A stretch of 64,000 nt of DNA from contig CAZUDQ010000004.1 of assembly GCA_964619365.1 (NCBI GenBank), forward strand, positions 3,963 through 67,962, in the 5' to 3' direction. Under the pieces are notes generated by a model. It was not told the origin of the DNA, did no database searches, and saw nothing but the letters and a program-made list of their open reading frames with translations. Positions 18,822-27,013 of this stretch are shown here, in pieces. Source of the stretch: an uncultured archaeon. Its GTDB lineage: Archaea; Altiarchaeota; Altiarchaeia; JAFGQM01. Position 1 is the first letter of the stretch, and each line of letters opens with the position of its first letter. The position numbers and the translations under genes were made by a program.

Positions 18822-19568
18822 ATGCAACTAATCGACACCCACGCACATCTGGATATGGCGGCTTTTGATGGAATCCGCAAAGACGTACTCAAACGAGCAG
18901 AAGACGCAGGGGTAAGCGTTGTTAATTGCTCACTTAGGGCGAGTGAGTGGGAAAAAGTCCATCCCTTGGCAAAGGATTTTGATAATCTGCACTTCACAAT
19001 AGGTTCTTGTCCATATCGCCCTGAGTTTTATAACGAGCAAAAAAAACTCATGGAAAAGCACGCAAAGGATATTGTCGGGATAGGTGAAATAGGGCTTGAT
19101 TACTATTGGGAAAAAACGACAGAGGGCCGAAATTCCCAGGAAAAAGATTTTAGGGGACTTTTAGAATTGGCCAGCGAACTAAAAAAGCCGGTTCTCATAC
19201 ATTCAAGGAACGCTGAAAAACAGAGCCTTGCGATTCTTGAGGAAATGGGTGTAAAAAAAGCGATTATGCATTGTTACTCAGGGGACATAATGTATGCAAA
19301 AAAGGCAATAGAACTGGGTTATTTGATATCAATTCCAACCAATATCGTAAGTTCAAAGCAAAAGCAAGGATTTGCAAAGGACTTGCCCTTAGAGTCAATT
19401 GTTCTGGAAACAGATGCACCTTATTTGTCCCCCGACCCGAAAAACACAATAAACGAGCCAAAAAATGTACTAGGGTCTGCTAAGGAAATAGCTAAAATCA
19501 GGGGTATTGATGTTGAAGAAGTGGCAAGGCAGACAACAAAGAACGCAAAAGCTTTCTTTGGAATCTAA
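18822..19568 (+). CDS. tatD: TatD-family deoxyribonuclease
   Basis: IDTHAHLD, GIGEIGLDY, LIHSR, MHCYSG, LETDAPY. Confidence 0.93.
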   Translation: MQLIDTHAHLDMAAFDGIRKDVLKRAEDAGVSVVNCSLRASEWEKVHPLAKDFDNLHFTIGSCPYRPEFYNEQKKLMEKHAKDIVGIGEIGLDYYWEKTTEGRNSQEKDFRGLLELASELKKPVLIHSRNAEKQSLAILEEMGVKKAIMHCYSGDIMYAKKAIELGYLISIPTNIVSSKQKQGFAKDLPLESIVLETDAPYLSPDPKNTINEPKNVLGSAKEIAKIRGIDVEEVARQTTKNAKAFFGI

Positions 19569-19862
19569 AAGTCTGAGGACATAAGGCCCCCACCCAAGTC
19601 GTATACTTCCTTAAAACCGAGATTGTCCATAAACTCTAAAGTTCTTGCGCTTCTTGCCCCCCTTAGGCAGTAGACAAGATATTGGATATCCCGATTCAAC
19701 TTATTTGATTCTTCCTTAAACAAGGGAGAATAGAAATCAAGAAGAATCGCCCCGGTGATATGATTTAGCCAAATTCCCACGGGGTTCGCAGATCAAGAAT
19801 TACAAGGCCTTTTTAGTAGAAATTAGTTCTTTTGCTTCAGAAGAGTTTAAGACATTAAACAT
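19565..19862 (-). pseudogene. Rhodanese-domain gene broken by two frameshifts
   Basis: ATG overlaps the ndk stop (TAATG). Three frames read MFNVLNSSEAKELISTK / GLVILDLRTPWEF / LNHITGAILLDFYS..VYCLRGARS..GFKEVYDLGGG. Confidence 0.78.
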
Positions 19863-20317
19863 TATTCTTCATAGACCCATATGCCTGTGGGTTTATTATA
19901 GATGAGTACCTCTTCATCAGAAAAAAAGATTGAAATCTCGCGCGCGGCAGACTCCTTGGAATCCGAAGCATGCACGAGGTTCTTTCTGATAAAAAGAGCA
20001 AAATCCCCCCTGATAGAACCTTTTTCGGCTGAAATCGGATCTGTTGCGCCAACCATCATTCGTACTCCTTCAATTGCACGGTAACCATCGATTACCATGA
20101 CAACAACAGGACCAGAAGTGACATATTTTAGGAGGGCATCATAGAATTCTTTGTCCTTATGGATGCCATAAAGCTTGGATGCTGTTTCAAGGTCTAGCTG
20201 GATGAGTTTCATCGCAGCAATATTAAGTCCTTTTTTCTCAAAGCGCCCGATAATATCCCCCACAAGATCGCGGGCAACAGAATCCGGCTTCAACATTACA
20301 AAAGCCTTTTGAATCAT
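19862..20317 (-). CDS. ndk: Nucleoside diphosphate kinase
   Basis: FVMLKPDSV, TSGPVV, VGATDP..A..GSIRGDF, NLVHASDS. Confidence 0.97.
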   Translation of the reverse strand: MIQKAFVMLKPDSVARDLVGDIIGRFEKKGLNIAAMKLIQLDLETASKLYGIHKDKEFYDALLKYVTSGPVVVMVIDGYRAIEGVRMMVGATDPISAEKGSIRGDFALFIRKNLVHASDSKESAAREISIFFSDEEVLIYNKPTGIWVYEE

Positions 20318-20338
20318 AAGAAAATTGAATTCTAGTTC

Positions 20339-20596
20339 TTATTCTTCCTTCTTTTTGACGACTTCCTTCTTTGAGGCCGTTGCCTCAGTGTCCTTTAAGT
20401 GCTGAATACGGATGTTTTTCTCCTTTCTGTATTCAGTCGTCCACTTGACTTTTCGCGCGCGCCTCTTTAGACCAGCGTTCTTTTCGCATTTTGAAGAGCA
20501 ATAAAGGGAAATAGCCCCTGAAGCTTCGACAACCATCTTGCCGGTTCCTGGGTCAATTTCCTTGCCGCAAAAAGTACAGATCTTTCTTGTTATCAT
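20339..20596 (-). CDS. rpl24e: 50S ribosomal protein eL24
   Basis: CTFCGKEIDPGTGKM..YCSSKCEKN..KVKWT. Confidence 0.96.
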   Translation of the reverse strand: MITRKICTFCGKEIDPGTGKMVVEASGAISLYCSSKCEKNAGLKRRARKVKWTTEYRKEKNIRIQHLKDTEATASKKEVVKKKEE

Positions 20597-20598
20597 TC

Positions 20599-20970
20599 TT
20601 AGATAGCTCTTGCATCACGCTCAGTTTCTTTGAGCATAAGTATATCGTTCTCTTTTACAGGACCACGAACATTGCGTCTAAGGAGGTTACCTTTATCGCG
20701 TCCCTCAACTATCCTTGCAAGGACCTGGTAACATTCACCATAAAGTCCAGCTTTTTTAAAGACTTTGACAATCTGTGCGGGTGTTGCTCCTGCAACACTT
20801 GCATTACTCGTAGATTTTTTGACTTCCTCAGTGGCCTTTGCAGATTCTTTTACCTCAGGTTTAATTTCTTTTACCTTGGGTGTAGCTTCCTTTACTTTGG
20901 GTGCCACATCCTTTACTTTTGGTGCGACATCTTTTTTGGAAGTTTCTTCCACAATTTTCTCTTCTGTCAT
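20599..20970 (-). CDS. rps28e: 30S ribosomal protein eS28 with N-terminal repeat extension
   Basis: PAQIVKV..G..GE..QV..R....LRRNVRGPVKENDILML.ETERDAR. Confidence 0.93.
   Translation of the reverse strand: MTEEKIVEETSKKDVAPKVKDVAPKVKEATPKVKEIKPEVKESAKATEEVKKSTSNASVAGATPAQIVKVFKKAGLYGECYQVLARIVEGRDKGNLLRRNVRGPVKENDILMLKETERDARAI
20849..20932 (-). repeat. Four imperfect 21-bp tandem units (KDVAPKV / KEATPKV / KEIKPEV type) in rps28e
   Basis: TTTAC-starting units on the + strand at 20849, 20870, 20891 and 20912. Confidence 0.85.
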
Positions 20971-21025
20971 TTTTACTAAATTTAACTATTTTACTAAGCT
21001 CTTTTTCCAAAAAGGTAAAACCTTT

Positions 21026-21391
21026 CTAAGCTTGGAGCTTTGCCACTTCTGCTACTATTGTCTCAATGTTCTTTTTCGCTTTGCCTTCATCAAGAACTGC
21101 AAGGGATGTCGTTCCAACCTTTAGTCCGGCAGACTTCCCAAGTTCGTCTTTTGTCTTGCAATATGCAAATGGAATCTTTTTCTCTGCGCAAAGTATCGGG
21201 ATGTGAATCATGAGTTCCTGTGGGTCAACGTCTTCTGCCATTATGACAAATTTTGCGCGTCCGCGCTCAATTGCCTTTGTAACTTCGTTGACACCAACCT
21301 TTACTTTTCCTGATGCTTTTGCAATCTCTACTGCCTCAAGGGCATTGTCCACTAGTTCTTGTGGAGTTTCGAATTTGACGTATGTTGCCAT
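21026..21391 (-). CDS. rpl7ae: 50S ribosomal protein eL8/L7Ae (likely start ATG 21391)
   Basis: GKVKVGVNEVTKAIERG.AKFVIMAEDVDP..L..H...LC.EKKIP. Confidence 0.97.
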   Translation of the reverse strand: MATYVKFETPQELVDNALEAVEIAKASGKVKVGVNEVTKAIERGRAKFVIMAEDVDPQELMIHIPILCAEKKIPFAYCKTKDELGKSAGLKVGTTSLAVLDEGKAKKNIETIVAEVAKLQA

Positions 21392-21445
21392 TTTATTCCT
21401 CATTTGTTCATTTCAGGCAGTTAAGCCTGATTCCAAATTCATAGG

Positions 21446-21473
21446 CCGCATCAGACACTTGATATGTCAGCGG
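21446..21473 (-). promoter_or_regulatory. Kink-turn element in the rpl7ae 5' leader (putative L7Ae autoregulatory site)
   Basis: Minus strand CCGC-U-GA-CA(UAUCAAG)UG-UCU-GA-U-GCGG gives tandem G.A pairs, a U.U pair, a 3-nt bulge and a 4-bp GC stem; TATA-like TTTTATA at 21518-21512 upstream. Confidence 0.72.
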
Positions 21474-21661
21474 AGTGCTTTAAGAATTTGTGCGAGTTTA
21501 GAAGCTGATGGTATAAAAGGCTTTAAGTTCCCACGGAGCTTATTTATTTTGGTTATTTATTCCTAAAAGAAAACACTATTTTGATATCTCGCGCGTCTCT
21601 TGACTGATTTATCGTCTTTTTATTGGAGCTTACATTATATTAAACACCTAACGGAGTAAAA

Positions 21662-21847
21662 ATGAGTCATACACTTGTATTCGTAGCACAGCTCCTCATG
21701 GGTATCGTAAGCATACTACTTGGTGTCCTTGTACTTGTAATACCAGGAATGCTACAAGTACTTGTTGCAGCATACTTCTTTGCAATAGGACTACTTGCAA
21801 TAGTAATGTCTTTTGGTACCCTCGCTGTAAAAAAGGCTGCTGCATAA
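21662..21847 (+). CDS. Small two-TM membrane protein (DUF3096-like)
   Basis: GIVSILLGVLVLVIP..L..LVAAYF..IGLL pattern. Confidence 0.7.
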   Translation: MSHTLVFVAQLLMGIVSILLGVLVLVIPGMLQVLVAAYFFAIGLLAIVMSFGTLAVKKAAA

Positions 21848-21939
21848 GTCCAAAATATCTGGATGTAAAAGCCTTACCCTTTCTTTTTTTATTTTAATAT
21901 TCTCAGGAGTCCTTATGATAATTCCTGCGATATAACAAG

Positions 21940-23613
21940 CTATTCGTGGGCAAAATAGCAGACGACATTGCCGTCTTCAGCGCTTTTTACACGGCAAAAG
22001 CCAAAGCGCACAAACTGTATCATATCGCCATGTTCTAAGTGTCGACAGTCTTTTTCACAGAAGCCTGCGACTTTTCCGTCAGGCCCAAGCACCTCACATC
22101 CAAGCGAGTCCTCGGGAAGCCACTGGAGTATCGGGACTTTTGTGTTTTTCTCTTCAAGGTAGCGTGCCATAAGCGGACGCACTTCATCTATTTGAATGTT
22201 ACAGAAGTTCTTTAGACGCAAGACATCCCCCTTTTTAAGGTTTTTGGTATCGTCTTTTGCCACTAGTAACCTGGTCATGCCTTCAGAATCACGTTTGATT
22301 TCAATATCACGGAAGCCCCGCTGCGGGTAGTTTGGATGAAGCGGTATTTTTATGACATCAGCATCCGAGGGCACACCCTTTATCCAAACCTCAACAGGCT
22401 TAGGCACAAAGAAATAGCGGTTTGCCCTATCCTCGATTAATTTTCTGTTTTCAGCATAGAGATTCTGCCACTCAAATTTTGAGTCGGTGTCCCCAATACC
22501 GATTGCCTTCATGACACTCCGTATTGCTTCAGGTTCAATTCCCCTTCTTTTAAGCGCTCTAAGCGTTCCGAGATGAGGGTCCGCCCAGCTGGAGTATTCA
22601 CCGCTGTCAATACCCTTTTTCATGGCAGAAGTCGAAAGATTGACTCCTTCAATTGAAAGAAGTCCATTGTGTATGAATTCAGGAGGCTTCCAAGCAAAAT
22701 AATCATAGATGTAAAGTTGTCTTTGGGTGTTTATTATGTGGTCCTTTCCACGCAGGACATGAGTCAGCCCTGAGAGATAATCATCAATTGCAACAGAAAA
22801 ACTCATTAAAGGGTAAACGTCCCAGTCGCTTCCTGTTAATGGGTGCCTGTCTGTTGAGACCCTCATTATTGGAAAATCACGCATAGCCGGGTTCTTGTGC
22901 GCCATATCAGTTTTAAGATTAAGGACAAGGTTTGTGTCTCCCTCAATCATTTTATTCCAGCGCGAAATGTTCTCTTCAATACTATTGCCCCTACACGGAC
23001 AGTTCTTTTTTGCGTCCTTAAAAGCTCTGAACTTTTCTTGCCCGCAGGAACAGGAATAAGCATGACCTTCCTTTATCAATCTAAGGGCGAAGTCGCGGTA
23101 GACAGCAAGCCTCCTGCTTTGAGTGATGATTTCATCAATCTCAACGCCAAGCCATTTTAAATCCTCCTCAATCATACGATATGCGTCCTTTTCAACGCGC
23201 TTTGGGTCGGTATCCTCAATTCTTAAAATAAGCTTTCCACCATACTTTTTCTTGTATTCATCATTAAGGACTGCGGTTCTTGCGTGGCCTATGTGAAGCG
23301 GTCCTGATGGATTTGGGGCAAAGCGCAAGACTACTTCACCGTTTACATTAGGGAGCTCCGTAATCCTACCTCTTTTCTTTTCTTTTTCTTCCGGCGTTCC
23401 GTAATGAGCGAGTTCTTTTTCGACTTCCTCTTTTGATAATGAATTTACTTCGGCAATCACGTCCTTAACAGCCTTTATAGCCTTACTTGTATCCTTCCTA
23501 TACTCTGGAAACTCCCCCAAAAGTTTTCCAAGGACGTTTTTTTCTTGCGCCGAGCCGTAGCTTGCCGCATTCTCGACTGCGTATTTTTTTGCTATCTTGT
23601 AGAGGTCGTCCAT
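21940..23613 (-). CDS. gltX: Glutamyl-tRNA synthetase (archaeal type)
   Basis: RFAPNPSGPLHIGH, LRIEDTDP, THVLRGKDH, QFVRFGF. Confidence 0.97.
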   Translation of the reverse strand: MDDLYKIAKKYAVENAASYGSAQEKNVLGKLLGEFPEYRKDTSKAIKAVKDVIAEVNSLSKEEVEKELAHYGTPEEKEKKRGRITELPNVNGEVVLRFAPNPSGPLHIGHARTAVLNDEYKKKYGGKLILRIEDTDPKRVEKDAYRMIEEDLKWLGVEIDEIITQSRRLAVYRDFALRLIKEGHAYSCSCGQEKFRAFKDAKKNCPCRGNSIEENISRWNKMIEGDTNLVLNLKTDMAHKNPAMRDFPIMRVSTDRHPLTGSDWDVYPLMSFSVAIDDYLSGLTHVLRGKDHIINTQRQLYIYDYFAWKPPEFIHNGLLSIEGVNLSTSAMKKGIDSGEYSSWADPHLGTLRALKRRGIEPEAIRSVMKAIGIGDTDSKFEWQNLYAENRKLIEDRANRYFFVPKPVEVWIKGVPSDADVIKIPLHPNYPQRGFRDIEIKRDSEGMTRLLVAKDDTKNLKKGDVLRLKNFCNIQIDEVRPLMARYLEEKNTKVPILQWLPEDSLGCEVLGPDGKVAGFCEKDCRHLEHGDMIQFVRFGFCRVKSAEDGNVVCYFAHE

Positions 23614-23614
23614 T

Positions 23615-26527
23615 TTATTTTGAGTAAGATATGAAAATCTGTGCTCCTTCTATTTCAGTTTTGCTCTTTAAATCCTTTGGGTCGATTTTATCAAGTTCTA
23701 TTGCACTCGCGCCTGTTGCCTGTGCTATCTCAGTTTCTCTTTTCTTTATTAGTTTAAGCAGTTTCTCATCTCCGTCAAACCTAAGAACGATTTTTTCTGA
23801 AACATCAAGCCCCTCCTTTTTGCGCATGACTTGTATCTGCCTTAACAAGTCGCGGAGCATACCCTCTTGTATCGCCTCAGGACTCCTGATTTTTGATATC
23901 ATGATGCGCCCGCTTGAGAACTCCTTTATCACCGGGGCGTTTGGTTCCTTGTTTGAGAATGCGACCTCATTTACATTTGCCATATTTTCAATTACTTCCC
24001 TTACCGTCTCTAGCTTCTCTTTCGTGTCAACTGTAAGTGCATCAAGCGGCCAGCGCAGTTTGATTCCAGCTTCATCGCGCGCGGCATTACTTGCCTCGAC
24101 GATTTCTTTTGCAAATTGCATCTCGCGCTCAAGTGAAGCATCAATCTCAAAGTTGATTTCCGGCCAGCCTGATAAGAAAACAGAGTCGCCCCCCTCTAAG
24201 TCGCGGTGTATGTATTCAGCAATAAACGGCGCAAAAGGTGCAATCATGCGCGCAGTCTTTGCTATAGCATACCACAATGTCGCAATTGCTGCGTCTTTGT
24301 CTTCTCCAGTGGCTGAGACCCAGGTCCTGTCCCTTATTATCTTGATATACCAGCGGGACAAGTCGTTTAATATGAAGTCTTCAATAGCTTTTGAGGCGCC
24401 GAATGGAAGGCAGGCATCAAACCCATCTTTTACCAATTTCTCAACAGAAGCCAGTCTTGATAAAATCCACTTGTCCTCTGGTTTAAGGAAGTCCCGTAAT
24501 CCTTCTATATCGACTACGCCCGCTTCAGAATAAGTCTTTGCAAATTGGTAGCAGTTCCAAAGGGTGTTCATAAGCCGGAAAGTTATCTTGACATCGTCTG
24601 CGTTGAATTTTAATTTTTCCCAAACTTCTGATTCTGAAACAAGGTAGAATCTTGTGATATCCGCGCCATACTTTTCCATGACCTCGTAAGGCGAAGTGAC
24701 GTTGTTTAAGGACTTACTCATCTTGTCCCCTTTCTTATCAAGCACCCATTCGTTCATGAGGATTGTCTTAAACGGAGTTTTCCCAAACATGATTATGCCT
24801 TCAAGCATAAGGGTGTAAAACCATCCCCTAGTTTGGTCAAGACCTTCTGTTATAAAGTCCATTGGGAAGAACTTGGTAAAAGGTTCTTTTTCCTTAGGAT
24901 AATTCATCCCGGCCCAAGTTGCAGCACCAGATTCAAACCAGATATCTGTTATATCAGGTACCCGAGTCATTTCTTTTTGGCAATCAGGACAGCTAAGTTT
25001 TATCTTATTGGTATAAGGAACATGTAAATCTGGCTCACCCTCAGGCATCTCTATTGCCTTTTCCTTTAACTCTTCAAAGGAACCGATTACTTCACGCGCG
25101 CCGCAGGAACATTCCCAAATTGGGAGAGGTATCCCCCAAAACCTCTGGCGGGATATGCACCAGTCGCGTGCTTCTTTTATCCAATTGGAAAAGCGCTTTT
25201 CACCTGCCCAGTCCGGATTCCATGTAACTTTCTTGTTCTCAGAAATCATCAAATCTTTGACTTTTCCGACATTGATGAACCACTGGGGCGAGGCTCGTGT
25301 AATAATTGGGGTCTTGCAGCGCCAGCAATGCGCGCAGCGGTGCGTTATCTTTTGCTTTCCGGCAATGGCACCGCGATTTTCTAATTCTTCGATTACAATA
25401 GGATTTGCTTTCTTGACATAAACGCCCTCAAGCTTCCCGCCTTCCTTTGTGTAACATCCGTTCTCTCCAACTGGCGAAAATGGCGGAAGACCGTATTTCA
25501 TACCAACAGAATAATCGTCAAGCCCGTGGCCGGGTGCCGTGTGTACACAACCCGTCCCGTCTTCAAGAGTTACAAAATCCCCCAGAAGGATACTGTGTGT
25601 GGCAGGAGCCTCTTTTTCAATCTCCTTATTTTCAGGAATCCAGTCAGGAAGTATAAACTCGTATCCTACCCCCTCAAGCTCTTTTCCTTGCTTTATACTG
25701 TCTTCAAGAATCTCATAATCCCCATCTTCTATCTCACAAGCTTCCATTACCTGCGGGACTAACTCCTTTGCCATAAGCCACTTTTCATCGCGCGGAACTG
25801 AGACCAGACAATATTCATATTTTGGATTAAGTGTAACACCAAGGTTTGAAGGAAGCGTCCAAGGTGTTGTTGTCCAGATTAGGACAAATTCACCAGGCCT
25901 CTCCTTAAGCGGGAACTTGACATAAACAGAGTCATCAGTCACGTCACGGTATTCGTCTGTTGCCTCGTAGCCGGCAAGCGCCGTCTGGCAGCGCGGACAC
26001 CAGGCTGTTGATGCCTTGCCCTTGTAAAGAAGACCATCCTCCTCACATTTCTTGAAAAACGCCCAGGACGAACTTATATAACTGTTATCAAGAGTCTTAT
26101 AAGGATGCTCAAAATCCCAGTGCATGCCAAAACGTTTGTAGAACTCAGTAAATACGTCAACTGTTTCAAGTGCGCGGGTACGGCAGATGTCAATAAATTT
26201 TTCTGCGCCATAATCCCAGATATCTTCTTTTCGCTTAAGACCAAGCTCCTCTTCTACCTTGATTTCAATTGGAAGTCCATGGCAGTCATAACCCGGCTGA
26301 AGATTTACGTCTTTTCCTAGCATCACCTGATACTTTAAAATCGGGTCGCGAATAGCGCGCGTCCTTGCGTGGCCCATATGGGGGTTCCCATTCATATATG
26401 GAGGTCCGTCTAAGAAGAAGAACTTCTCACCTGCTTCATTTGCTTTTTTTATCTTCTCAAAAAGCCCTAATTTATCCCAGTACTCCGAAATCTCCTTTTC
26501 GATTTCAAGGGGTCTAAACGGTTCCAC
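23615..26527 (-). CDS. ileS: Isoleucyl-tRNA synthetase (GTG start)
   Basis: DGPPYMNGNPHMGH, GYDCHGLPIE, WTTTPWTLPSN, GTGCVHTAPGHG, DWCISRQRFWG, EGLDQTRGWF, KMSKS. Confidence 0.97.
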   Translation of the reverse strand: MEPFRPLEIEKEISEYWDKLGLFEKIKKANEAGEKFFFLDGPPYMNGNPHMGHARTRAIRDPILKYQVMLGKDVNLQPGYDCHGLPIEIKVEEELGLKRKEDIWDYGAEKFIDICRTRALETVDVFTEFYKRFGMHWDFEHPYKTLDNSYISSSWAFFKKCEEDGLLYKGKASTAWCPRCQTALAGYEATDEYRDVTDDSVYVKFPLKERPGEFVLIWTTTPWTLPSNLGVTLNPKYEYCLVSVPRDEKWLMAKELVPQVMEACEIEDGDYEILEDSIKQGKELEGVGYEFILPDWIPENKEIEKEAPATHSILLGDFVTLEDGTGCVHTAPGHGLDDYSVGMKYGLPPFSPVGENGCYTKEGGKLEGVYVKKANPIVIEELENRGAIAGKQKITHRCAHCWRCKTPIITRASPQWFINVGKVKDLMISENKKVTWNPDWAGEKRFSNWIKEARDWCISRQRFWGIPLPIWECSCGAREVIGSFEELKEKAIEMPEGEPDLHVPYTNKIKLSCPDCQKEMTRVPDITDIWFESGAATWAGMNYPKEKEPFTKFFPMDFITEGLDQTRGWFYTLMLEGIIMFGKTPFKTILMNEWVLDKKGDKMSKSLNNVTSPYEVMEKYGADITRFYLVSESEVWEKLKFNADDVKITFRLMNTLWNCYQFAKTYSEAGVVDIEGLRDFLKPEDKWILSRLASVEKLVKDGFDACLPFGASKAIEDFILNDLSRWYIKIIRDRTWVSATGEDKDAAIATLWYAIAKTARMIAPFAPFIAEYIHRDLEGGDSVFLSGWPEINFEIDASLEREMQFAKEIVEASNAARDEAGIKLRWPLDALTVDTKEKLETVREVIENMANVNEVAFSNKEPNAPVIKEFSSGRIMISKIRSPEAIQEGMLRDLLRQIQVMRKKEGLDVSEKIVLRFDGDEKLLKLIKKRETEIAQATGASAIELDKIDPKDLKSKTEIEGAQIFISYSK

Positions 26528-26652
26528 GATTCGTTCCTTAGATATTCTTTAGATAATAGAGAATCTTAAGGGTTATTTTTGGCGATTATTGGATAAAAGT
26601 TAAAATAGCAAGGTAGGGGTGCTCTTATCTAGTGCAATAGCTACCCCCTTTT

Positions 26653-26864
26653 AAAAATAAGATGGGCCTAATGGGATGTTAAGGTGGATGCAACGCTATG
26701 GCATATGACCTTAACAGAGATTAGGACCATCGGGCATAAGCTAAGAAAAAAGAAGATGAGCCTAATGGGACCTTGAGGTGGATGCATTGCCAATACCCAT
26801 GACCTTAACAGATATTAGGGCCATTGCTACTAAGGGTGTAAAAAATAAGATGGGCCTAATGGGA
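26653..26864 (-). repeat. Tandem 94-bp-period repeats sharing the tRNA-Ile 3' end and T-tract; two 69-nt hairpin units (26662-26730, 26756-26824)
   Basis: AAAAATAAGATGGGCCTAATGGGA-like segment at 26653, 26746 and 26840; the ATG core recurs at 26662, 26756 and 26850. Confidence 0.92.
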
Positions 26865-26995
26865 TTTGAACCCATGACATCTGGCTAGCTCAGAGCTTTC
26901 GACTCCATTCTTGGGAATCTCAAAACAGACGCGTGGATTTACCACACGCATGCTCGTATAAGACCAGCGCTCTAACCAAGCTGAGCTATAGGCCC
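26851..26995 (-). tRNA. tRNA-Ile (anticodon TAT) with a 70-nt intron at 37/38 (intron 26887-26956)
   Basis: GGGCCTA/TAGGCCC acceptor, GCTC/GAGC D-stem, CTGGT-CT TAT A^..^A-GCCAG, ATGGG TTCAAAT CCCAT, A73; BHB motif with GAGC/GCTC stem, CTTA/TGAG central helix and two 3-nt bulges. Confidence 0.93.
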
Positions 26996-27013
26996 ACAAA
27001 AATGCCTAATATC

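Noticed and set aside
23631-24533. 300-aa antisense ORF inside ileS, and the many other antisense/shadow ORFs in the track
   Set aside because: They lie fully opposite well-supported genes and have no motifs, so they are codon-structure artefacts.
26662-26824. Integron attC-like or CRISPR-like interpretation of the repeats (GTTAAGG...CCTTAAC boxes; conserved flanks with a variable centre)
   Set aside because: The boxes deviate from RYYYAAC/GTTRRRY and only one intact GTT exists. There is no extrahelical base, no cassette ORFs, no integrase or cas gene, and only two units.
26887-26956. tRNA-Ile intron as a box C/D guide RNA (CUGA near its 3' end, two internal hairpins)
   Set aside because: There is no recognisable box C (RUGAUGA), and the CUGA is explained by the BHB pairing.
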